Below are positions 1-9,241 of a DNA stretch of 64,000 nucleotides, in pieces. A program made the translations under genes and the position numbers. The notes beneath the pieces are model-generated. The model was not told the DNA's origin. It saw nothing but the letters and a program-made list of their open reading frames with translations, and did not search any database. Source of the stretch: an uncultured archaeon (GTDB taxonomy: Archaea > Asgardarchaeota > Lokiarchaeia > Sigyniarchaeales > SOKP01); NCBI GenBank assembly GCA_964632315.1, contig CAZWEM010000014.1, positions 1-64,000 on the forward strand, in the 5' to 3' direction. Numbering within the stretch: position 1 is the first letter of the stretch; each line of letters opens with the position of its first letter.

Positions 1-897
1 AGTTATAAATATGTTTTTTGCCCCCCATAAAATTCTCGCAAATTCTTTTAGCAGATCTTTTTTAATTTTCAATGTTTTTCTCATTGCTTTTGGCTCTTCG
101 TAAATTTCTTTAAGCATAAAATGTTCAAATCCTTCTTTTTCTGCAGCATCGATACTCCATTCAATATCCATTGACTCTTTCTGTATTGGTGACTCAATGT
201 TGTTAAGATCATAAAATTCTACATTTCCGGGAGTTAACACTGCCATTTCATCATCATCTAAAATGAAACATTGCTTCGTGTATGGTAATAAAGCAGGGAT
301 ATCAGACGCACAATATGCAGTTTTGCCCTCATCAATCCCGACTACTAATGGAGATTCTCTTCGAACAACTATGATCTTATCGGGATGACTTGCGTGACAA
401 ACTGCTAATGCAAATGCCCCTTCGCATTTTCCAATAGTTTTATATATTGCATCCTTAAAGTTCAAACCTTCCTTCATGGATTCTTCAATCAAATGTGGGA
501 TTATTTCAGTATCAGTATCAGAGAGGAAAGTATGGCCTTTCTTTTTTAGTTCCTTTTTTAATTCCATAAAGTTTTCAAGTATTCCATTATGGATTACGGC
601 TATTTTACTATTACAGTCAAGGTGAGGGTGGCTATTAATCTTTGTAGGCGCACCATGGGTTGCCCATCTAGTGTGTGCAAGTGCCAATCTGGAACCTTTA
701 GGAAAATCCTCGAAATTTAATTTTTGATTTATTTCATCAATCTTCCCCGAATCTTTTTTAACATATAGTTTCGAATCGTACTGAGCAACAATACCACAAG
801 AATCATAACCTCGATATTCTAAACGTTTAATTCCATCTAGCACATACTTCCCAATTGATATTTCTTGATTCGTAACAATCCCAAAGATACCACACAT
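1..897 (-). CDS. glmS: Glutamine--fructose-6-phosphate aminotransferase, N-terminal part (runs off window start; not in ORF track)
   Basis: Reverse strand from ATG at 897 reads MCGIFGIV...GIKRLEYRGYDSCG...LAHTRWATHG...HPH...HNGILENF...SDTDTE, the class II GATase motifs of GlmS; GGAG upstream. Confidence 0.95.
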   Translation of the reverse strand, partial: MCGIFGIVTNQEISIGKYVLDGIKRLEYRGYDSCGIVAQYDSKLYVKKDSGKIDEINQKLNFEDFPKGSRLALAHTRWATHGAPTKINSHPHLDCNSKIAVIHNGILENFMELKKELKKKGHTFLSDTDTEIIPHLIEESMKEGLNFKDAIYKTIGKCEGAFALAVCHASHPDKIIVVRRESPLVVGIDEGKTAYCASDIPALLPYTKQCFILDDDEMAVLTPGNVEFYDLNNIESPIQKESMDIEWSIDAAEKEGFEHFMLKEIYEEPKAMRKTLKIKKDLLKEFARILWGAKNIFIT

Positions 898-1028
898 ATT
901 AATACTCCATCTCTTCGTTTTGCCTTTAAGGTAATAATACTATCGAATAAATTAAAAAATTATGATATGTATTTTAAGATTATCCTAGCTAAATTGTATC
1001 TGATTTTAAAATTATATTACTCCTCGAA

Positions 1029-2153
1029 GTGAAAAAACTAGTGAACAAAATTAAAGTTGACAAAGAAAATAAGAATTTAGGTGTTTTAACTGAAAAAGAA
1101 ATTTATGAAATACCTAGTTGTTTGAGAAAAGCACTGGATCAGAAGAATGAAATTCACAAAGTTAGTAATAAGATACTTGGCCATAATGTTGCACATATCT
1201 ATATTATAGGAGCAGGTAGTTCATATCACGCAGGTTTCGCTATGAGTTATATGTTTAATAGGATAACTCGCATACCTACATATCCAGAATATTCTATGGA
1301 GTTCCAATATTTAATTGCCCCTATATTAACAAAAGAGGATTGTGTTATTGCTCTTTCTCAAAGTGGAGAAACAAAAGACACGATTCAATCTGTCAAGTTA
1401 GCTAAAGAATTAGGATGTCTGAATATTGGAATTACAAATAATAAAGATTCACCACTTTCAAAAATTTGTGCTCATCATATATCCTTACACTGCGGACAAG
1501 AGAAATCTGTGCTTGCTACAAAGACCTATGTTTCTGAGCTTTCAGTTTTAGCGATGCTTGCTTTAGAGATTGCGAAAGAAAAGAAATCCCTAAATAATGA
1601 AGAACACAATCAGTTACTAATTGAATTAATTCGCATTCCAGAGAAAATACATTCCTTACTACCTATAATGCATGATAAAATCAAAAGATATTCCAAATAT
1701 TTTAAGTTTACAACGTTCTGTTTTATACTTGGAAGTGGATCTGATTATGCCACAGCAATGGAAGCGTCTTTAAAATTAAAGGAAGGTGCTAGAATTTTTG
1801 GCCAAGCTTATTCCACAGCAGAATTCCCACATGGCCCCATTACTCTTGCAGATTCTAAAACAGCAATTATTGCAGTTATCCCGCATGAAGAGGATACAAG
1901 AAGAATAAATTTACTTAATCTATTGAAAAGAATAAAAGAAAGAAATGCAACGATATTTGCAGTTTATGAAGGAAAGCAAGAAGAGAATTTGCCTGAATCA
2001 ATAGATTTTGGTATAGCTGTGCCTGATACATTTAAAGATTTACAGCCGATTTTTATGATATTGGCAATTCAGTTATTAACCCTTGAAATCTCTCGAATAA
2101 ACGGAATAAATTGCGATACTCCAAAGTATCTTTCTAAAGTTTCTGGGATTTAA
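1029..2153 (+). CDS. Stand-alone double-SIS-domain protein (GlmS isomerase-like; possible glucosamine-6-phosphate deaminase GlmD type)
   Basis: GAGSSYHAG, SQSGETKDT, ATKTY, EASLKLKE, EFPHGP and C-terminal PKYLSK match the GlmS sugar-isomerase half; no GATase domain. Confidence 0.85.
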   Translation: MKKLVNKIKVDKENKNLGVLTEKEIYEIPSCLRKALDQKNEIHKVSNKILGHNVAHIYIIGAGSSYHAGFAMSYMFNRITRIPTYPEYSMEFQYLIAPILTKEDCVIALSQSGETKDTIQSVKLAKELGCLNIGITNNKDSPLSKICAHHISLHCGQEKSVLATKTYVSELSVLAMLALEIAKEKKSLNNEEHNQLLIELIRIPEKIHSLLPIMHDKIKRYSKYFKFTTFCFILGSGSDYATAMEASLKLKEGARIFGQAYSTAEFPHGPITLADSKTAIIAVIPHEEDTRRINLLNLLKRIKERNATIFAVYEGKQEENLPESIDFGIAVPDTFKDLQPIFMILAIQLLTLEISRINGINCDTPKYLSKVSGI

Positions 2154-2165
2154 TGCAGCGATACT

Positions 2166-3590
2166 CTAAATCAATTTTATTTCTCGCATTTTTGCTTCTG
2201 TAAGTTTATTTAATTTAATAGACTCGTCTAAGCTGATATTTGATTCTCCTGATATTCTTAAATAAGGACTTGTTCCCGATCTTCTGATTAAAATCCATCC
2301 ATCATCGAAATCGAAACGACATCCATCAAGTTGGTTTATTTTTTCTGTTTTTTTATCTAATGAATTAAATAAATCTTTCATAGCTCCAATTATTTTTTGA
2401 TTAATTTCACTTGTAAAGGGAATATCTCTTTTCAAGCGAAATTGATTACGATAATAAGGATACTCAGGAATCTCATTTAATAGTTCATTCAATCTTTTTC
2501 CCTTGTTAACAATCATCTGTAACACTTTAGCAATTGTAATTATTGAGTCAGGTCCATAATGGAAGTTAGGCCAAATATAAGTCCCAGACGTTTCTCCGCC
2601 CAAGAATCCTCCTTGTTCTTTTAATGCAATAGCTACTTTAATATCTCCAACTTCTGTTCTAATTACCTCGCAATCTAAAGGATGTAATACATCTTCAATC
2701 AAACCAGATGAATTTATTGGCGTAGATACTTTAAAATCTTTTTTCGAAGTTAAACTTTCGTTTTCCTCAATCTCATATTTGGCTAAAAGGGCGAGTAATC
2801 TTATTGGATCTACAATTTCACCATCCTCATCTAAGAAAATAACCCTATCCCCGTCTCCATCTAATGCGATCCCAATATCATTTTGTTCTGATGATTTTAA
2901 AAATATTGAGATTTGTCTTAAATTCTCTTCACTTGGTTCTGAAGCTCTACCAGGAAATCGTCCATCCATATTAGCGTTTAATGTCACTATGTTAATATCG
3001 TAACTAGTAAGTAATTTTGGAACAATATCGCATCCTGAGCCATTTCCCGGATCTACAATAACACTTAAATTATTTCCCTTGAATAATATCTTGTTAGTTA
3101 TATCAGATATATGCGTATCGTTGATGTCATTAACTTGAGTTACCTTTCCAATGTTATACCATTTAATATTGTTAAAGGTTTTTTCATTGAATATCCTTTC
3201 AAGTTCTTCTTCTTGAGCTGGCGAATATCCTAATCCAGAAGGATTCCATAATTTAAGACCTATATATTCAGGAGTATTATGGCTTGCGGTGATCATCACT
3301 CCACCCGCTGCATTCAAGTATCGCAATGACATAGCTAAAGTAGGAGTTGTTACCACCCCTAAAGTTATTACCTTGCATCCTGTACTAACTAATCCTGAAA
3401 TTAATGCATATTCAATGGGAAGAGCTGATGTTCTGATATCCTTTCCAATCACAACAATGCCTCCATTTAAATATGTTCCAAGAGCTAGACCCACTTCAAG
3501 TGCCATCTGAGGAGTGAACATGAGATCTGATTCAGAATAGTTCTGAAAAATACGTCTTATACCACTTGTACCAAATATATTGCTTGTCAA
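2166..3590 (-). CDS. glmM: Phosphoglucosamine mutase / phosphohexomutase
   Basis: FGTSGIR, ITASHN phosphoserine loop, DGDGDR metal loop, GGETSG, RRSGT; adjacent to glmS. Confidence 0.85.
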   Translation of the reverse strand: MTSNIFGTSGIRRIFQNYSESDLMFTPQMALEVGLALGTYLNGGIVVIGKDIRTSALPIEYALISGLVSTGCKVITLGVVTTPTLAMSLRYLNAAGGVMITASHNTPEYIGLKLWNPSGLGYSPAQEEELERIFNEKTFNNIKWYNIGKVTQVNDINDTHISDITNKILFKGNNLSVIVDPGNGSGCDIVPKLLTSYDINIVTLNANMDGRFPGRASEPSEENLRQISIFLKSSEQNDIGIALDGDGDRVIFLDEDGEIVDPIRLLALLAKYEIEENESLTSKKDFKVSTPINSSGLIEDVLHPLDCEVIRTEVGDIKVAIALKEQGGFLGGETSGTYIWPNFHYGPDSIITIAKVLQMIVNKGKRLNELLNEIPEYPYYRNQFRLKRDIPFTSEINQKIIGAMKDLFNSLDKKTEKINQLDGCRFDFDDGWILIRRSGTSPYLRISGESNISLDESIKLNKLTEAKMREIKLI

Positions 3591-3846
3591 AAATTAAGCA
3601 CCTAATAACTTACAGTCAAATTATATTTTTTTGTCTTATTTTGATAGATGGGAGTGAGAATTTATCATATGTAATAAATTTTTCATGAATTCATTTTAGA
3701 ATGAAAAATAAAAAGAAAATCAATGTTAAGGAAGCTAGGATTAAATTATAATAAGAGTAAAATATTAATTTATTAGTGGATTATAGAATCCTAATTTACT
3801 CTTAATTAGGAGCATCCGATAAATTTTTTCATTATTTTACTGGTAG

Positions 3847-5325
3847 ATGTGTATGATATACCAAGGAGTCTTTAATATTTTGAGTTTATATCTAGATGAA
3901 CTAGACGTTTTTTATGATAAAATTGATAGGTATTTTATGGATAAAATCACCTCAGTTAGGTTAAATAAAAACCTTAAGAGATTGAAAAATGAAGAAACTT
4001 TAGAGGATATACTCAAAATAATAAAAGGGGAATTGATGAAATTAGGTTTTGATTCATTAGATTTAGAGAACCGGATGATGGACCCCTTTTTTGAGCTATC
4101 TTCAGAAGATTCAATACGAAATTTGAATGACTTATATAATAAAAAAGTAGCTCCTATCATATACGAAATATTTCTTGAAAAAATCGTTGATTATCTTGTT
4201 GGTGTTAAATCTATTCCTATAATGTTAAATCTAAAATCAAAAGGATTTTTTGATTTAGGTTTTATTATTGAACTTCGTAACTTAAAGAATTTAATGGATG
4301 CATTCCCCGAAAAGAAGGAGAATTTAAACCATTATATCAGCTTAAGTGAAAAAATAACTGATAAATTAATTCAAAACAAGGAAAGCATTGAAAATCTTGA
4401 AGCCTTAGATGAACCACAGGATAAATTACAATTAATCTACCTTATTTATCGAATTATAAGCTTTTTCCACCTAGAGAAAAGATTTGATTTCTCTCACATG
4501 AAAGAATATTTACCCAATAACATGAAAGATTGGATGACATCAATTCCATTAGTTACATTAAAAAATCCAGACCTTTATTACTGCGGACTGTTTCTTGCTA
4601 AAAATCTTAACATAGACCTTGAAAGAGATACAGTTAAAGAATATTTACTTGAATTATATGAAGAAGGTACAGATGAATTTGAAGCGCCATTGGTTGAGGC
4701 GACTGATGGGCTCTATTATTTCCTAAAATCCACGCAAGATCTGGGTTTATGGTTGAAGCATTATCAAATTGCCAGATTAGTTGAGACAGATGATGAGTAT
4801 TTTGATCCATCTTATCTAAAGAATTTAGAGACTTCTCAATTGGTGGTTATATTAAAAATTTATAATATGCTCGATATGAAGGATCAGCAACATATTAATG
4901 CAATTTTAGAAGAAATAGAGACCCGAGTAACTCCAGAAGGTATTTTTCAATATAGAGATAGCTTTATTTCTTCAGAAGCAACATATTACATCATTTTTCT
5001 GAATTATATGAGGAGTACATTAGATAAATTACAAGATTACAATCTTTTGGGAATTATAATCTCCCGAATTTACCGAAATTTGGAAATTTTAGATTTTTCA
5101 GCAAATATGAATTTTGATTTATTATCTGAACTTTTTTATTCTTTAGAGTCCCTGAAATTGTTCAATTGTATAGAAACTAAAGAAATGATTATTCATTTAG
5201 CAAAATTTTTATTTCCTCAAGAAGTCGTAAATAAAGTTACAAATACTAAAGAATTAATTAAACCTAAAAAAGCACGATTTAGGCATTTAAAAGTCAACAA
5301 AATCACGGGAGAAACAATTTATTAA
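3847..5325 (+). CDS. Hypothetical all-helical protein; C-terminal half resembles prenyltransferase/alpha-alpha toroid repeats; probable start TTG 3880
   Basis: 492-aa ORF; GGAG upstream of the TTG at 3880; repeated DLYY/GLYY/ATYY helices and EGIFQY. Confidence 0.75.
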   Translation: MCMIYQGVFNILSLYLDELDVFYDKIDRYFMDKITSVRLNKNLKRLKNEETLEDILKIIKGELMKLGFDSLDLENRMMDPFFELSSEDSIRNLNDLYNKKVAPIIYEIFLEKIVDYLVGVKSIPIMLNLKSKGFFDLGFIIELRNLKNLMDAFPEKKENLNHYISLSEKITDKLIQNKESIENLEALDEPQDKLQLIYLIYRIISFFHLEKRFDFSHMKEYLPNNMKDWMTSIPLVTLKNPDLYYCGLFLAKNLNIDLERDTVKEYLLELYEEGTDEFEAPLVEATDGLYYFLKSTQDLGLWLKHYQIARLVETDDEYFDPSYLKNLETSQLVVILKIYNMLDMKDQQHINAILEEIETRVTPEGIFQYRDSFISSEATYYIIFLNYMRSTLDKLQDYNLLGIIISRIYRNLEILDFSANMNFDLLSELFYSLESLKLFNCIETKEMIIHLAKFLFPQEVVNKVTNTKELIKPKKARFRHLKVNKITGETIY

Positions 5326-5542
5326 AAGATAAATCTAAATCACATCATCTCACATTAATTTATTTGTGAGAAAAGTTATTAAGGATCTTGAACAAATTTC
5401 CTAAATTTGCCCTCAAGTTTCATAAAAGTATTGAATTTGTTCATTACAACTCATTAAAATGCGAACTATTTTAATTTTCGAAAACTATATTTCCTATCCT
5501 TTATTTCAAAATTTATAGTACAATATACAATTAGGTAAAGCC

Positions 5543-6379
5543 ATGCCCTTTTTTAAGAATCAAGGAGGCTATAATTTATATTATGAAGATATAAATGGAG
5601 AAAGAAAAGAACAAACTGATAGTACGATCATTCTCCTCCATGGCTTTGCCTCTTCCGCTTCATTTTTTCGGCATCAAATTAAAATATTAAGTCAATCATA
5701 TAGAATCATTGCTTTTGATGCGTTAGGACATGGGAGAAGTGATCATCCCAAAGAGTTGAATCTATCAGAAAATTTGAGGTATGAAATCATCAGAGATCTC
5801 GAAGATTTACTCTATTATTTGAATGTAGAAGAGAAATATGGGATAATCGGACATAGTCTTGTCGGTGGTATGATTGGTCAGTTATATACTATGAAACATC
5901 CGAATGATGTGAAATTTTTAATTTTATTGAATTCAGGTTATATTATGATCGATAATGTAATTAGGAATATCTTTTATAATCTACTCCCATATTTTATTCG
6001 AATGAATTTTTTGGAAGTGGTTTCTAATTCAGTTGAAGAAATTTTAGATAAGATAATTCCTTATATTCTCACATCTCTTTCTGATACATTAAATGGGATG
6101 AAAATCTCTAAAGATCAACTATATATGACTATTGAAGAACAAATCTTTTCAATGATTAATGAAATAAATGAATATGATCCATCAAATATTCAATGTCCTA
6201 CACTTATTATAGGCGGAAGGCTTGATAATTTTGCACCCGAGCAAATGTCTGAAGAGTTGCATAAAAAAATACCTCACTCTATTTTAAAAATCATTGATAT
6301 GGCTGGACATTTTGCTCCTGCTCAACGCAAGAGCGTAATTAATGAGTTAATAACAGAATTTATTAAAAATAATCGGTAA
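5543..6379 (+). CDS. Alpha/beta hydrolase
   Basis: LLHGF oxyanion motif, DALGHGRS, GHSLVGG nucleophile elbow, GRLD acid, AGHF histidine. Confidence 0.9.
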   Translation: MPFFKNQGGYNLYYEDINGERKEQTDSTIILLHGFASSASFFRHQIKILSQSYRIIAFDALGHGRSDHPKELNLSENLRYEIIRDLEDLLYYLNVEEKYGIIGHSLVGGMIGQLYTMKHPNDVKFLILLNSGYIMIDNVIRNIFYNLLPYFIRMNFLEVVSNSVEEILDKIIPYILTSLSDTLNGMKISKDQLYMTIEEQIFSMINEINEYDPSNIQCPTLIIGGRLDNFAPEQMSEELHKKIPHSILKIIDMAGHFAPAQRKSVINELITEFIKNNR

Positions 6380-6413
6380 AGATACTTAATTTTTCCAAAT
6401 TCTGGTTTTTATC

Positions 6414-6770
6414 TTGAATGATAGTGAAGTTAATATCGAATATTTTAAACAAGAAATGAAGAAATTCATTGAAGAGAGAAAGTGGATTAAATACCATACT
6501 CCTAAAAATTTAATTCAAGCATTAGGTATAGAAGTAGCAGAATTATCAGAAATCTTCTTATTTAGAGATATAAGTTTAGAAATGATTTTAAATGATGAAA
6601 ATCTTTATGAACGAATCTGTGATGAGACAGCTGACGTTTTCATATACTTAATCAGCTTGATAAATGTGCTAAAAATAGATTTAACGACGTCTTTCTTAAA
6701 TAAAATGCAGAAAAACCGTAAAAAATATTCTACTAGTGAGTTTAATAGAGGAAATTATCAAAAAAAATGA
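6414..6770 (+). CDS. MazG-like nucleotide pyrophosphohydrolase (dCTP pyrophosphatase type)
   Basis: ERKWIKYHTPKNL, EVAELSE, DETADVFIY, KMQKNRKKY. Confidence 0.85.
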   Translation: MNDSEVNIEYFKQEMKKFIEERKWIKYHTPKNLIQALGIEVAELSEIFLFRDISLEMILNDENLYERICDETADVFIYLISLINVLKIDLTTSFLNKMQKNRKKYSTSEFNRGNYQKK

Positions 6771-6837
6771 TATCTTCTATGAAATTTATTATTTAATGGT
6801 TAATAATTCCCCATTAAAATACATCTAAAAAATTTTT

Positions 6838-7839
6838 ATGGAATTTGCTATTTTATTATACATGCTAACTGATAATATTGATGAAATCATTAGGAATCAA
6901 TTAGAGAAGACTTTAACTGATACAAATTTTACATCACTTGGTAAGCTCTACAAAGGAAAGGTTAGAGATAATTATATACAAGACGATAAACGAATCATTA
7001 TTGCTACAGACCGACTCTCAGCATTTGATCGCGTTATAACTACTATTCCTTTTAAAGGTCAAATGCTTAATCAAATTTCGTCTTTTTGGTTTGAAAAAAC
7101 AAAAAATATTGCGAAAAATCATTTAATAGAGATTCCTGATCCTAATGTTGCTGTAGTTCGTCAATGTGAACTCATTCCGGTGGAAATGATCGTAAGGTCT
7201 TATATAACTGGAACTATGTGGAGGAATTATTTAAAAGGAGTGTCTACTTCTGGAATAGAATTGCCTCAAGGACTAAAAAAGAATCAGAAGTTAGACGAAA
7301 TAATTGTTACTCCCTCAACTAAAGCGAAATCAGGGCATGATATCTACATTTCCAAGGAGAAAATTATCTCCGAAGGATTAGTAGAAAAGGATATTTATGA
7401 ACAAATGGAAAATGCATCAATTAATTTATTTAAGTTTGGGTCCAAGTATTGTGAAAAACAAGGATTAATTTTAGTTGATACTAAATATGAATTTGGAATG
7501 AAGAATGGAGAATTATTCGTGATTGACGAGATACATACTCAAGATTCTTCAAGATTTTGGATTTTAGACTCTTATATTGCTAAATTTGATGCGGAGGATG
7601 AACCGGAGATATTAGATAAAGAAATTTTTAGAGGATGGTTGATGAATACGTATCCTGAAATATTTCCGAATATTAAGCCAGATCAAGATATCCCTCCCAT
7701 CTCTACTGAAATCAAGATTGAACTTGCTAAACGATACATGCGAAGTTTTGAAAAAATTACAGGCAATCCTTTTAAAGCTGAAGTTTCCGATGTTAAATCT
7801 CGTATTAAAGAAAATTTACAGAGAGCAAATTACCTATAA
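6838..7839 (+). CDS. purC: SAICAR synthetase (probable start 6862)
   Basis: YKGKVRD, TDRLSAFD, KGQMLN, LVDTKYEFG, DEIHTQDSSRFW, LDKE. Confidence 0.95.
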   Translation: MEFAILLYMLTDNIDEIIRNQLEKTLTDTNFTSLGKLYKGKVRDNYIQDDKRIIIATDRLSAFDRVITTIPFKGQMLNQISSFWFEKTKNIAKNHLIEIPDPNVAVVRQCELIPVEMIVRSYITGTMWRNYLKGVSTSGIELPQGLKKNQKLDEIIVTPSTKAKSGHDIYISKEKIISEGLVEKDIYEQMENASINLFKFGSKYCEKQGLILVDTKYEFGMKNGELFVIDEIHTQDSSRFWILDSYIAKFDAEDEPEILDKEIFRGWLMNTYPEIFPNIKPDQDIPPISTEIKIELAKRYMRSFEKITGNPFKAEVSDVKSRIKENLQRANYL

Positions 7840-7885
7840 TTAATACGAAAAAATTTATATAACATTCTCACGTTATTTTTTAATA

Positions 7886-8083
7886 ATGTTTAATTTTATA
7901 CTCGTCATAGCTTCTTTTGTCTGTTTAATAGGGAGCTTTATTTTGTATTTATTTGATCTTTCTTCCTCAAAGTCAGATAATGGTAGAGAAAATAACTTAC
8001 CTAAGTTAAGCAGTTATGGATTTTTCTTATGTTTATTTGCGTTAATGCTCCTTATAATTCCAAGCTTAGGTTACGTTTTTTAG
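7886..8083 (+). CDS. Small two-TM membrane protein
   Basis: 65-aa ATG ORF with two hydrophobic segments, filling the gap between purC and purS. Confidence 0.55.
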   Translation: MFNFILVIASFVCLIGSFILYLFDLSSSKSDNGRENNLPKLSSYGFFLCLFALMLLIIPSLGYVF

Positions 8084-8273
8084 AAAGATTAATTCTTTAG
8101 TGAGATTATTCTGTTTATATAGAAGGGCAAACATTTTTTGTCGATTTAAACTTAGAGGAATTATTTTTTAATTAATAAGAATTATTAAAATTATAATAGA
8201 ACTTCTTTTATTTAATCAAGTGAAATGGAATTTATTCTAAATGAAATTAATTAACTTTTTAGAGTAATAAATT

Positions 8274-8534
8274 ATGTTGTGGGAAGTAGAAGTGGTTTTA
8301 GAGAATAAAAAGGCTGCCAGAGACCCAGTTGGTGAAACTATTAAAAGAGATTTACTTGCCAAAAAGGGTTATAATACGATTTCGCAGGTACGAAGTGGGC
8401 AATATCTACGGATAAATATAGAATCTTCCAGTCAAGAACAAGCAAAAAATACGGTAGAAAAGATGTGTAATGATCTCAGAATATTTAATCCCGTGACGCA
8501 AACTTTAACAATATTGAATGTGAAACAATCATGA
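8274..8534 (+). CDS. purS: FGAM synthase subunit PurS
   Basis: RDPVGETI, VRSGQY, MCNDLRIFNPV; overlaps purQ start. Confidence 0.92.
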   Translation: MLWEVEVVLENKKAARDPVGETIKRDLLAKKGYNTISQVRSGQYLRINIESSSQEQAKNTVEKMCNDLRIFNPVTQTLTILNVKQS

Positions 8535-9241
8535 CAATTAAAATAGCAGTAATTCAATTTCCTGCTGCAAATTGTGATTTAGATGCAATTCATGTTCTAA
8601 ATAATGTTGTTAATATTGAAGCAGATCTAGTGTGGCATAACCATTTTAAAGAAAAGGATTATGATGGAGTCATTTTACCCGGAGGATTTAGTTTTGGAGA
8701 CTACTTAAGAGCGGGAATTATTGCGGCCCATAGTCCTGCAATTGACCAAGCAAGGGTGATGTTAAAAGATGGTAGACCAATATTAGGAATCTGCAATGGT
8801 TTTCAAATTTTAACAGAAGCAGAATTTCTTCCCGGAGCCTTGTTAAAGAATGATTCACTGAAATTTATTTGTAAGTGGGTGAACCTAAGGGTAGAGAATA
8901 CCTCAACAGCATTTACTAATCAATTAAAAATTGGCGATGTAATTGATATTCCAATTGCTCATGGTGAAGGAAGATATTTCACGGATAATTTTAAAGAATT
9001 AGAAGAGAATGACCAAATTGTGTTTAGATATTCGAATCCTAAAGGTGAAATCACAAGCAAAAGCAATCCTAATGGATCAATGGAGAATATTGCTGGAGTA
9101 AAAAATTTAGCAGGGAATTGTGTAGGGCTTATGCCTCATCCAGAAAGAGCGTCTGAAGAGATTTTAAGTCCAAACAATACAAAACATGGAAAATTGATAT
9201 TTGATTCAATGATTCAATTTATTAAAGAGGGATATAAGTAA
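8531..9241 (+). CDS. purQ: FGAM synthase glutaminase subunit PurQ
   Basis: PGGFSFGDYLRAG, GICNGFQIL, AHGEG, NPNGS, MPHPER. Confidence 0.97.
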   Translation: MTIKIAVIQFPAANCDLDAIHVLNNVVNIEADLVWHNHFKEKDYDGVILPGGFSFGDYLRAGIIAAHSPAIDQARVMLKDGRPILGICNGFQILTEAEFLPGALLKNDSLKFICKWVNLRVENTSTAFTNQLKIGDVIDIPIAHGEGRYFTDNFKELEENDQIVFRYSNPKGEITSKSNPNGSMENIAGVKNLAGNCVGLMPHPERASEEILSPNNTKHGKLIFDSMIQFIKEGYK

